Of a stretch of DNA of 64,000 nt, positions 18,388-27,439 are shown piece after piece. The position numbers and the translations under genes are program-made. The number at the start of each line of letters is the position of its first letter. Positions within the stretch are counted from its first letter, which is position 1. Under the pieces are notes generated by a model, which ran no database searches, had not been told where the DNA came from, and worked only from the letters and a program-made list of their open reading frames with translations. The stretch comes from a virus, in the IMG/VR virus record IMGVR_UViG_3300045971_000354, positions 79,464 to 143,463 of that record; one strand, written 5' to 3'.

Positions 18388-19463
18388 TATGTTATATTTC
18401 CTAAAAGTACATCTGCGTTAAAGAAATATTTAGACAAATCTTCAGTTTGTTTTCGCAATTGTGGCAGACGTTTTATGTAATGCGTCATGGTAACAATAAT
18501 GTGGTGACACAACTCTTGTCTATGTACTGTATAGCTATCCCAATCTTTGGTCCATTCACTTGGATATTTAAATCCTTCGTGATACATTTCGGAATATGAA
18601 AGGCGATCTGGTACCATAGGTATAGCATCAACTAACGCCCCTTCGTAACATCCGATACCTAGTGTTTCTTGTAGACTTGCGCTAAACACAATCTTCGATT
18701 GACCTAGCAATGTATGATATTCTTCTTTGCTAAGTTCCTGATCTTGACAAACAATAAACTCGTACTGTGGTAATAATGTTGCAAGATCTCTAAAAATTTC
18801 AACCTGCTTTTCGGGCGCAATACGATGCGGAAACAAAATAAGATCATGCTTTGATAAAGTTTTATATGGAGTAAGAGTTTCTTCCATATACTCCATTGGC
18901 CAACCAGTTTGCACAATTTTTTTATCGTATTCTGGTTTCCACCCTGTGATACGAGTCTTGCCATCTTGTAATAAATTATTTACAAACATTTCAATATGAA
19001 ACTTAGTTGCAAAGTAGTTGAAATCTATTGCATGATACAACGCTTTTTCGGTATGCCTAACCCAAGGAGCATTTCCAATCAATCGACCTAAAAAGTCTTG
19101 AGGATCATAACTGCCGGCGTGCCATAGTGCATGAATAGTAATTGGGATTTCCAATAACTCACTCATATACTTTAGGTTAATTATACCAGGATGCCATGCG
19201 TCAGTAAAAATAAAGTGGTCGCCCCCACGAATGGATCCGTCGCAAAACATACGGCCCATTTGCTCAACCTGGTTAGACTTATATACATTAGTCCCACCAA
19301 AATTGAGAAAAGCACCAGGAGTGGTAGCAGCAGGAATATCAGTAGGACCGGAAATAATTTGAACATTGAAGCCAGCCTTCTTAAAGAGAGCAGGTACACG
19401 AGACTTCCATTGTCCTGTGTACCTGGTACTCACCGCCTCTATATCGACGATGAAAATTGTCAT
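18387..19463 (-). CDS. GT-B (GT4-like) glycosyltransferase
   Basis: FPHRIAPEKQ, S..ETLGIG.YEG (E-x7-E), P.RLSY.E. Confidence 0.75.
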   Translation of the reverse strand: MTIFIVDIEAVSTRYTGQWKSRVPALFKKAGFNVQIISGPTDIPAATTPGAFLNFGGTNVYKSNQVEQMGRMFCDGSIRGGDHFIFTDAWHPGIINLKYMSELLEIPITIHALWHAGSYDPQDFLGRLIGNAPWVRHTEKALYHAIDFNYFATKFHIEMFVNNLLQDGKTRITGWKPEYDKKIVQTGWPMEYMEETLTPYKTLSKHDLILFPHRIAPEKQVEIFRDLATLLPQYEFIVCQDQELSKEEYHTLLGQSKIVFSASLQETLGIGCYEGALVDAIPMVPDRLSYSEMYHEGFKYPSEWTKDWDSYTVHRQELCHHIIVTMTHYIKRLPQLRKQTEDLSKYFFNADVLLGNIT

Positions 19464-19684
19464 TAGGACTCCTGGCGTTCCTTAGACTCGCGACGGGCCT
19501 TACGTTGCAAGAACTCTTGCGTCCGTTGCCAATCCTTATACGCCTTGGATCGATACAGATCCGCCTGATCGAAAGCGATCATTTCAAACCGGCAATGATC
19601 ATGCCACACATCAAGATCAGCAAAGATCTTGCTTACTTCTGGCTTCATAGTCAGATACTTACCGAGCCACTTTGGTGCTGCCAT
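19463..19684 (-). CDS. Hypothetical protein
   Basis: 73 aa, SD AGGA, TAATG coupling to the glycosyltransferase. Confidence 0.7.
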   Translation of the reverse strand: MAAPKWLGKYLTMKPEVSKIFADLDVWHDHCRFEMIAFDQADLYRSKAYKDWQRTQEFLQRKARRESKERQES

Positions 19685-19699
19685 TTTTGTTTCCTATTA

Positions 19700-20080
19700 T
19701 TAAAAAGGATTATTAGAAAATTGAAGATATGCGCCATTCTCGCCATCTTCGCTCACGTCAACCCAAACCTCACGATTTGGGTATCTTGCATTGATTGTTG
19801 TGTTTAGATCACGTGCAATCATTTCGCAGGATTTGAAATCTAGCTCGAGTGTGCCGTCATTGTAGCAATTCTCAAGCCAGCGTTTAAATTGGATGAATTC
19901 AATATCTCGGTCGTCGTGTGTTACTGCAATCCAGACTTTGAAGTGAAAAATATGTCGATGCGGGAATCCCAGGAAGCTTACATCGGCAAGATTAATTGCG
20001 TCGGCCGCAGCAGGGTAACAGTGTATGCCTTCCTTACGAAAGGTTACCCAAATCATTGATAGTTTATCGTTTGGTCTCAT
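19700..20080 (-). CDS. dpdL: T-fold QueD paralog, DpdL-like (proposed CDG decarboxylase)
   Basis: LGFPHRHIF (LxxxHRHxF), DRDIEFI, SCEMIA, VSEDGENGA; located between dpdA and folE. Confidence 0.7.
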   Translation of the reverse strand: MRPNDKLSMIWVTFRKEGIHCYPAAADAINLADVSFLGFPHRHIFHFKVWIAVTHDDRDIEFIQFKRWLENCYNDGTLELDFKSCEMIARDLNTTINARYPNREVWVDVSEDGENGAYLQFSNNPF

Positions 20081-20607
20081 TTGATGATCTTGTCGTTAGA
20101 GTATTGATCCCAAGATGTAAACTTACTACGATCTTTAAGATCGTGCAAGCTGTGTGACCATACACCTGGGTTAGTTGCTTTGAAATCCTTGTCATCAATT
20201 TTAATCATTGTGTTGTAGTTCCACAATTTGATGTAAGGAATAGGAACACGAATTTGCGGAATAAAATTATCAAATTCGTTCAAGCCGTTATCGTTAAATT
20301 CTTCTACCAGATGTAGAGGAATGTCGAGACTACACAGATATCCCTTCTTAAGGAAATCAATTATCATGTTTTCCCAAGATTCCCAGGATTCAATATCAGT
20401 AGTATCAAAGTTGAAGCTATGATTTGCGCCAAAAAAGATATGCTTAATAGCAACTCCGCACATAGTGAGCTTCATTGCAATATCTGTAATAGGTTGCACA
20501 CCAGTTACAAACAATGTATCCATACCGTGTGCAGGGGTATGTTCCACCTCTACTCCAGTGAAGAATACAATGTTCTCTGCTTTGCCTTCTGTATAATCTC
20601 GTTTCAT
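20077..20607 (-). CDS. Hypothetical protein within the deazaguanine locus
   Basis: 176 aa, ATGA-coupled to dpdL; G.EVEHTP..G..TLFV, HIFFGANHSF, KIDD.DF.ATNPGVW. Confidence 0.8.
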   Translation of the reverse strand: MKRDYTEGKAENIVFFTGVEVEHTPAHGMDTLFVTGVQPITDIAMKLTMCGVAIKHIFFGANHSFNFDTTDIESWESWENMIIDFLKKGYLCSLDIPLHLVEEFNDNGLNEFDNFIPQIRVPIPYIKLWNYNTMIKIDDKDFKATNPGVWSHSLHDLKDRSKFTSWDQYSNDKIIK

Positions 20608-20613
20608 GCTACT

Positions 20614-20642
20614 AGTATAGTATATTTTACGTTATTTGTCAA
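20614..20642 (-). promoter_or_regulatory. sigma70-type promoter, apparently leaderless
   Basis: TTGACA-17 nt-TATACT, 6 nt before the ATG at 20607, no SD. Confidence 0.75.
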
Positions 20643-22278
20643 GCAAATCTACAAGATTTTGCAGCTTTTCATCTTCGGGGTCTTCCAAATCAACTTCATT
20701 AGATTTGGTAACATTTTCTACTTCGAACAAATTCATAAACTCGTTTTCAGCATTTCCGCCCTGCATTCTAGAACCTTCAAGTGCTTTTAAGAAAGGCGTT
20801 GCTTGATCGATTAGTGCAAACGCATCTGCTTTAGTTGTAGTATTAAATAATTCTTCAATAAAGCGGTCGAAATACAAAATGTTTCGTGGAACCCAATCGC
20901 TATATTCATCACTAGCCGCATCTTTACTTCCTAATTTATTCCAATGTTTCCATTTAATAGTATCACGAGTTTTTGCAATTTCGATATCCATTAATTGTTG
21001 AGCACGTTGAACAGCTTTAATATGGCATTCGACATTATGCCCCATCATCAATGCATACGCAAAGCTATCCCAGGAAGTCTTATTAGGAATCTTATTAAGT
21101 TTATTAAGCTTTGGCGGAACATGATAGTGCGATACATTTAAGTGATCAAACTTGACAAGTTTCCCGTCTTTGCCTGTTAATTCGGCATCTGTTTTGCGTT
21201 CGCCTAAATCGTAGTAGCAAATATCGCCTACGGTTAACCGACGTCCAGTCTCGCTTTCAAACGGGAACGGTATGTCGGAACCGGAAAGGGCTTTGTTGTC
21301 GAATCCTTTGTCCATAATAACGCTCCAACGCTTTGTAGTGTGTTGCGCGTTTGTGTAGACAAGTCCGTGCGCCGTTGCGATGAATGGGGATGCGCAGTCA
21401 AAAGAGATGGTAAGTTCTTCATTGATATGTTTCCTGATTTGTCTTTGAATTAAGGTTAAGTAACAACTCCAATCTAATTGAGCAGTGCCCAAGAAGTGGA
21501 TCCAATTTTTGCCTTTCAGCAAACCATCTTCACGCAAGGTCATAAGACGCTTTAACGTAATATCCATTTTGCACATGTTGGCGCCTCCGAATGCCCAACC
21601 TTCGGCAGCTTTATCGCCCCAAACCGCAGGATCACTAAACTCTTTAACGCCATTGTACCAATCTTCTGCAGACTGCCAGTCCCATCCTTGCAACACGTTA
21701 AGGAACTTTGTTTGTCCTAGCCGGTTCTTTAGGAAATACTCGTTGTTAAACTTTGTCTTATCCAAACAGTCTTGGACCGACTTTAGTCCAGTCTTCGGAC
21801 TGTGATTGTGATCACACGCCCAGGTTGGGACGTCAAGCATCATTGACCAATCTGCTGTTAGCTCAAGCCAATTTAGAATGTCGTCGCGGGTTTTGTTTGC
21901 CTTAACTCCTTCGAAGTCTAGCCAATCAAATTTTAGAACGCCTTTACCAATTTGGTATCCGCCGGAGTCTCCGAGAATCATAGTGTTCCCACGATCACGT
22001 TGTTGGATCATTGACTCCTGCGTCATACTCTTTGTAAGATCTAACTGTGCGTGGCCCGCAGAGTAAAGACCATATTTGTATGTGAAATATCCCTGTTCAG
22101 GATTTAAGAAGTTCATACCTTCGATTCCGCGATCAAAGCCGGCGGGAATACGATTTTTTGGAACAAACTCTTCTAGTCGCTGTTTAGCAACATAGGTACT
22201 ATAGAAGCTAGAGATTGCTGGAAGAAATACTGCGTAATCTCTCTGTAGAGGGGTTAAATTAACTGGTGGATTTGTCAT
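20632..22278 (-). CDS. dpdA: TGT-fold guanine transglycosylase, DpdA2-like (inserts 7-deazaguanine into DNA)
   Basis: GDSGGYQIG, MLDVP, LNVLQG, GWAFGG, IHFLG, SFDCASPF, late HN; lacks the tRNA-TGT Zn cysteine cluster; neighbours folE, queE and the DNA polymerase. Confidence 0.8.
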   Translation of the reverse strand: MTNPPVNLTPLQRDYAVFLPAISSFYSTYVAKQRLEEFVPKNRIPAGFDRGIEGMNFLNPEQGYFTYKYGLYSAGHAQLDLTKSMTQESMIQQRDRGNTMILGDSGGYQIGKGVLKFDWLDFEGVKANKTRDDILNWLELTADWSMMLDVPTWACDHNHSPKTGLKSVQDCLDKTKFNNEYFLKNRLGQTKFLNVLQGWDWQSAEDWYNGVKEFSDPAVWGDKAAEGWAFGGANMCKMDITLKRLMTLREDGLLKGKNWIHFLGTAQLDWSCYLTLIQRQIRKHINEELTISFDCASPFIATAHGLVYTNAQHTTKRWSVIMDKGFDNKALSGSDIPFPFESETGRRLTVGDICYYDLGERKTDAELTGKDGKLVKFDHLNVSHYHVPPKLNKLNKIPNKTSWDSFAYALMMGHNVECHIKAVQRAQQLMDIEIAKTRDTIKWKHWNKLGSKDAASDEYSDWVPRNILYFDRFIEELFNTTTKADAFALIDQATPFLKALEGSRMQGGNAENEFMNLFEVENVTKSNEVDLEDPEDEKLQNLVDLLDK

Positions 22279-22624
22279 GTTCTGTACTTAATATAATTGT
22301 AGCATCTAATTGCAGTTTTGCCTTTTCTAAATTCTCCACCGCAATCTTTACAGCAGGATGTGTATCAGCCAATGTTTTTAGATTTGCTTCTTCGATCATT
22401 TTTTTCATGGCCCAATCGAGCGCCGCTTCTGAAGAAGGCACTATACCAATTGATCCAAGGGATCCGTTGACTGTTACCCATGACGCACCGTCGTACACCT
22501 CGAAGTTGTTATTTCTATAACGCACTAATCCAGCACTCGGCGCACCGTCGTTAATCCATATACTAGTAGGACCACCGCCTGACACATTAAGATGCTTACT
22601 TGTACTTGTTAATGCAGTTATCAT
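22259..22624 (-). CDS. Hypothetical phage protein
   Basis: 121 aa; G.VRY..NNFEVYDG.SW...LDWA.KKM.EE...HPAV. Confidence 0.75.
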   Translation of the reverse strand: MITALTSTSKHLNVSGGGPTSIWINDGAPSAGLVRYRNNNFEVYDGASWVTVNGSLGSIGIVPSSEAALDWAMKKMIEEANLKTLADTHPAVKIAVENLEKAKLQLDATIILSTEHDKSTS

Positions 22625-23358
22625 TATGCTTGTGCTGGAATGATGTATTTGTAAGTAGCAATACCACTATCGAGTTCGATTTGCATTGCACCGTCATTAC
22701 TAATGCTAAACTTAGTATTATTGGCATCTGCAATCTTTAAAATGCTCAATACCTGGCTCACTGGCCATGTCCACGCCTTATTAAGCTTTCCTGTAACATC
22801 AGTTGCAAATACAAATTCGCCACCGTGTGTACTTTGATCACCAAAGATAAACTTTAGATTCCCATCTTCAACCTTAGTTAAGAATGTTGCGTGTTCGCTG
22901 TTCGCCGCCGCTTGAAAGTTGAACCGCTGAATAGCGGAAACTGTCGGGTTAACTTCAACGTGCCAATTCACTCCACGGAACTTAACAGTCTTCAACTTCT
23001 CGTTAATAATTTCAGTGTTCATGAAACGATAGTCGTTCTTGAAGTCACCTGCCTTGTTTTCAAAGTGCAACCCTACCGGAATCGTATCACCGTTGCGATC
23101 TGCACTAACAATTTCAATTGTTGCATCTTCGCGATATTCTGGACAGTCTAAATGAATCTTCAACTTATTAAGTTGTGGCATACCAAATACGCCCTTCATT
23201 TCTAGTTGTGGTTTATTGACCTCGCCATACATAATAACACTACGGTCATCTGCCATGGAGTCGATTTTTGTGGACTTGTCTTCACCTGTAATCTTAACGA
23301 TGTTAAGAAAGCCTAGATTGTGTGTATGTCCAACGATGTCTTTAAGTAAGTCTTGCAT
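22624..23358 (-). CDS. Putative DNA sliding clamp (gp45-like)
   Basis: Clamp-like size (244 aa) and beta-rich pattern ending YKYIIPA; immediately downstream of the DNA polymerase. Confidence 0.6.
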   Translation of the reverse strand: MQDLLKDIVGHTHNLGFLNIVKITGEDKSTKIDSMADDRSVIMYGEVNKPQLEMKGVFGMPQLNKLKIHLDCPEYREDATIEIVSADRNGDTIPVGLHFENKAGDFKNDYRFMNTEIINEKLKTVKFRGVNWHVEVNPTVSAIQRFNFQAAANSEHATFLTKVEDGNLKFIFGDQSTHGGEFVFATDVTGKLNKAWTWPVSQVLSILKIADANNTKFSISNDGAMQIELDSGIATYKYIIPAQA

Positions 23359-23375
23359 AATTTGTTCCTTTATTA

Positions 23376-23404
23376 AGTATATTTAGATCTGCGAGTAATG
23401 TCAA
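23376..23404 (-). promoter_or_regulatory. sigma70-type promoter overlapping a TAAATA late core
   Basis: TTGACA-17 nt-TATACT. Confidence 0.75.
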
Positions 23405-23411
23405 ATTTATT

Positions 23412-26081
23412 TTATTCAAAGTCAAATAAATTTCCAAAGTTATTGTCTTGCGTAGTTGAGTCCAAGTCCCATTCTAGCACCCCAATAAGATTTTCTAGTT
23501 TGTTGTTGATAATAGTAGTTTCCATTTCAGAATGCTCAAACGGAAGATCTTGAAACCACTTTGGTAAGCGTAATTCATCAACCGGATACGCAACACTGCT
23601 ATATCCCAACGGATTTTCTTTCATCTTGCAAACAATAACTTTCATACCGTCTACAATATTAACGGAGTATTTGTCTCCGTTCATACGCTTCAATGTATTC
23701 CAATTGATTGATGCTCTAACGTGCCCTGGCATATTTGCCTTGCCGTATTTCTTTTCCTTTGCTTCGTATTCTGCAATATTATTTGCGCGTTTTGGACTAC
23801 CTTTTTCCCAACCTGGCCGCGCCTTAAACTCTGTTCGGAATACTGAAATCATTTCTAGAATCTCTTTTTCTTCGGTACCGTTGAGTACCTTTGTTAGAAT
23901 TTCTTCAAGGAATTTCTGCATAAACTCAGGAGTATCACTGCGCTTTAAGTCAAGCCCCATCGCTTTAATCTTACCGGGCTTATCACCGGTGTCTTGTCGT
24001 TTGCCGTCCTTATCGTAGTACAAAACCGCATATCGCTTCTTAGTAATGAATAAGCCCTTAATAGCAACTATTTCTCGTCCTGCTTTAATAACTTCGCCGC
24101 GCGTTTTTGGGCAATGAAAGTCATCTAGCATGAATTGCGGGAATGTTGCATTTACTTCGTCGGCAATCTGATCATACAGTTGGATAACGGTATCTTTATT
24201 CCACGGAATTAATCCCTTCTGAATGTCTTTCTTCAATGTATTGTATGCGCTGAAGTAAACAGAGTCAGTATCACCGTAGATTACGCTCTTTCCTATGTAA
24301 TCGTAGTCGCCTGTAATGTATTCATTTACTTTGCCGGCCATATGACGAGCAATGCGTCGCCCTGTGAGGGTGGTTGATTGACCAATTCGATTGTCGAAAA
24401 AACGACAACCAGCATTAAGAATAGCACCATACAGTGAGTTAAGGTTAATTTTCTTAACCAGCTGGCGCTTGTCCCAATACTCTTCTTCAATTTTGTTGCC
24501 GGCATTAATTGCATCCTTTAGTTTTGCTTGCATTTCTTTACGTTCTTTGTACCAACGCTTTAGCAAGCCCGGAATAATTCCTTCTTTTGCGTATGTAAAA
24601 ATAGTTCCGTTTGCACTTAGCATCCACGGCTGATTACTTTCAAATATCATTTCGAATATTTGTGCACCACTTAGTACATCGGTACTTCCATCTTCCCAAT
24701 CAACAATAATATCGTGTGATTTATCTTGATCCATAACAAATTCGTATTCGTTACTACCGAATTTCCCTTCCCACGCAGCGGCAAACGAATTTCCCTTCGC
24801 TATCTTTGCATCAATTTCTACTTTTGTGTACTCGGGACGTAATTGTCCGACAATTGTTTCGGGTCCCATGTTTAATGCACGAATTGCAGATGGATACAGA
24901 GAGTTAATATCCATTGATCCGATCCAATCGTGGATACCTTTCTTCGGATACGCAACATATGCACCTGCGGCCTGCGAATCTACTTCGCTATCACGACTAC
25001 GCCGACTTGGAACAATAAGACCTTTTGCGTGGGCTTCGTTAATAATCGCTTGCTCAGTAACAGCAACAGCACCCATCGTTGTTTGAATCAACACAGTGTT
25101 TTCGTGCGCTACTGTATTTGCAAGGTCGATAAACTTTAGCTTACGGTCTAACTTTTCTAACAGCATTGTATCTTGTCGATTATATTCAATAAACTTTTTA
25201 AAGTCGTTGTTATATAATTGATCAAGTGTGCCTTCGTATGCTGTCTTATGTTCCCCTAGCTCGTATTCTGCAATAGCATCGAGTCTAAAACTATGACGTT
25301 CTTCATATGTGTACTTACGATACAGTTCCAAACTATCTACGTGAACGCGACCGATCAAGTCGTATGTTACCGCAGCTTTACCGTACTTTTCGTATTCGCG
25401 TTTCTTAGGGAATTGATTCCATAAGCACAATCTGCGAGTGTCGTCTTTACTCAACGCCTTGATAACGCGATTAACAGTGTACGGCATATCGAAGCCTTCG
25501 CTGTTCCAACCACTCATCACATCTGCATCTTCAATAAGATTCAAAAACATATCAAGCATTTCTGCTTCTGTTTCGTACAAGATTGTGTTTGGAAACTCTT
25601 TAACTGCGTCCTTTGCCTGCGCCATTGTTATTGTCTTTGGAGGTACTGCTAAACATACCAGTGTTTCTAACCATTGTAGATACACTGCGATTGCAGTAAT
25701 GGGCATGAATGCATCTTCAGGACTTGCGTATCCACGTTCGGGATCGAAGTCTACCTCAATGTCCCAAAAAGCTACATTTAGTTTTGGGGAGTCTTTACCT
25801 AGATAGTTTTCTTCCAATACACGAAATACTGGATTAATGTCGCTTTCGAATAGTTTTCGATCGCCGTGTATTTTTAGTTCTTTTGCATGTTCTTTCCAAC
25901 TTTTGCTTACTACTCTGCTTAGTTGGTCACCAAATAGACTTGTATACTTTCCCTTCTTATCGGGCTGGTAAAACATATACTTTGCCGGAAACTGCTGGTA
26001 TACTCGATTACCTTTTACATCGCGTTCGACGACAGATACGATATCTGTCTCGCGGTCCCACCGTGCATCTACATAACTCAT
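23412..26081 (-). CDS. Family B DNA polymerase (gp43-like)
   Basis: Exo DIE, GWNSEGFD, YN.QD; Pol DINSLYPS, K...NSLYG, YGDTDS, KKRYA; C-terminal LFDF clamp-binding-like tail. Confidence 0.97.
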   Translation of the reverse strand: MSYVDARWDRETDIVSVVERDVKGNRVYQQFPAKYMFYQPDKKGKYTSLFGDQLSRVVSKSWKEHAKELKIHGDRKLFESDINPVFRVLEENYLGKDSPKLNVAFWDIEVDFDPERGYASPEDAFMPITAIAVYLQWLETLVCLAVPPKTITMAQAKDAVKEFPNTILYETEAEMLDMFLNLIEDADVMSGWNSEGFDMPYTVNRVIKALSKDDTRRLCLWNQFPKKREYEKYGKAAVTYDLIGRVHVDSLELYRKYTYEERHSFRLDAIAEYELGEHKTAYEGTLDQLYNNDFKKFIEYNRQDTMLLEKLDRKLKFIDLANTVAHENTVLIQTTMGAVAVTEQAIINEAHAKGLIVPSRRSRDSEVDSQAAGAYVAYPKKGIHDWIGSMDINSLYPSAIRALNMGPETIVGQLRPEYTKVEIDAKIAKGNSFAAAWEGKFGSNEYEFVMDQDKSHDIIVDWEDGSTDVLSGAQIFEMIFESNQPWMLSANGTIFTYAKEGIIPGLLKRWYKERKEMQAKLKDAINAGNKIEEEYWDKRQLVKKINLNSLYGAILNAGCRFFDNRIGQSTTLTGRRIARHMAGKVNEYITGDYDYIGKSVIYGDTDSVYFSAYNTLKKDIQKGLIPWNKDTVIQLYDQIADEVNATFPQFMLDDFHCPKTRGEVIKAGREIVAIKGLFITKKRYAVLYYDKDGKRQDTGDKPGKIKAMGLDLKRSDTPEFMQKFLEEILTKVLNGTEEKEILEMISVFRTEFKARPGWEKGSPKRANNIAEYEAKEKKYGKANMPGHVRASINWNTLKRMNGDKYSVNIVDGMKVIVCKMKENPLGYSSVAYPVDELRLPKWFQDLPFEHSEMETTIINNKLENLIGVLEWDLDSTTQDNNFGNLFDFE

Positions 26082-26151
26082 TATTATTCTCCATACCGCT
26101 TATGGCCGGCAACCTTCTATATAGCGAATTATGGCTCGCTGAACCTTTCTC

Positions 26152-26442
26152 TTAACTATTTATTAGTCGAACTAACGCAAGTGAATCAATACTGACTAGC
26201 AGTAAGTAGTTTGCCATCATTCCTGTACTTCTTCGTGTCCACGCCGCCCACCCAAATATTGCACATTGAGTCATGAATAATGGATACAAAATTAGGAAAG
26301 GCGGATTCGGAACTGTTAAGGCCATTGTAATGCTACACGCAATACTCATTGCCCATGCAACTATTTCAAGAGAAAATCTTAACGGGTATGCTTTGAAGTC
26401 TTCTGTAATCCACTTCCGTGTATACGTAAAGAAATCTGCCAT
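26152..26442 (-). CDS. Small integral membrane protein
   Basis: 96 aa, about 3 hydrophobic segments, TAATG coupling. Confidence 0.7.
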   Translation of the reverse strand: MADFFTYTRKWITEDFKAYPLRFSLEIVAWAMSIACSITMALTVPNPPFLILYPLFMTQCAIFGWAAWTRRSTGMMANYLLLVSIDSLALVRLINS

Positions 26443-26711
26443 TAATCTTCTTTCTTAAAGCTGTGGCCGCTAATATCTACAATAGTTTCAAGGTCGTCAA
26501 ACTCACGGAATACTTGATCCCATTGATCTTTTTGTGCAATACGAATTGCTTTCTTAATGACACTAGGCTTTACTTCCAGTTCTTCTGCTACTGCTTTGAT
26601 GGTATCATTAAGACCTTCAGTAAGGTCGGCTATTTCGGTCATTACGGTTACACCTTCGGAAATGATTTGCTTAATCTTTGCCTGTTCGGGCGCACCAAAT
26701 ACTTTACTCAT
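26442..26711 (-). CDS. dsDNA-binding protein (T4 DsbA/GapR-like)
   Basis: 89-aa helical protein, EI..L.E.L.DTIKAVAEELEVKP.VIKKAIR; SD AGGAG. Confidence 0.55.
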   Translation of the reverse strand: MSKVFGAPEQAKIKQIISEGVTVMTEIADLTEGLNDTIKAVAEELEVKPSVIKKAIRIAQKDQWDQVFREFDDLETIVDISGHSFKKED

Positions 26712-26844
26712 ATAAATTCTCCTGTTAATGTTATATTGTATAGTATTTTCTTATGAAACACAACCCATCTGACATAAATAAAAGTGTAGTTCGCGCACCT
26801 CGACAATGCCAACTACTCTAACAGTTTATAAGGAACTATCAGCA

Positions 26845-27438
26845 ATGATATTTATTGATAACAAATATACCCGTCGGTATAATTTAATTATTTTATCTGC
26901 TCAAAACAGAGTATTAATCGGTTACAAAGAAAAGCATCACATTATTCCGAAATCTATCGGAGGTACTGATTCCAAAATTAACATAGTAGAATTAACGGCA
27001 AGGGAACATTTTATATGCCATCTTTTATTACGAAAAATGGTAATCGGTAACGACAAAAGTAAAATGGCGCTTGCCGCATTTATGCTTACTACGGCATCAT
27101 CTACTCAACAACGTTATAAAATAACAAATCGACGATACGAGATTCTTAAGAAAGAATTTTCCGAAGCAAAGAAAAATAACCCCTCTCCTAAGAAAGGAAA
27201 AAAGATTACCGATCCTATTCAACTTGCTGCTATTAAGGCAGCAGTATTAAAGAGAGAAGAACGATATAAGTCAGGCGAGATGGTTAGGACAGTTGGCAAA
27301 TATATAAGAACAGAAGAACATCGTACTCAACACGCAGAGGCTATAAAATCTCGACCTAATTTTACTACAAAGAATTATAAACATACTGACGCTACTAAAA
27401 AGAAAATAGGTCTAGCAAACACTAAACCTACTTCTTAA
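26845..27438 (+). mobile_element. Free-standing HNH homing endonuclease (MobE-like N-terminus, NUMOD3 tail)
   Basis: EKHHIIPKSIGG.D...N.V.LTAREHFICHLLL; start MIFIDN at 26845 with SD AAGGA; opposite strand to neighbours. Confidence 0.85.
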
Positions 27439-27439
27439 T

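Noticed and set aside
20632-22278. Canonical tRNA-guanine transglycosylase for queuosine
   Set aside because: Longer than bacterial TGT, lacks its Zn-binding cysteine cluster, has no queA/queF/queG nearby, and sits beside replication genes; DNA-acting DpdA is more likely.
23412-26081. Intron or intein in the DNA polymerase
   Set aside because: Single 889-aa ORF with all motifs at normal spacing; the four endonucleases lie between genes.
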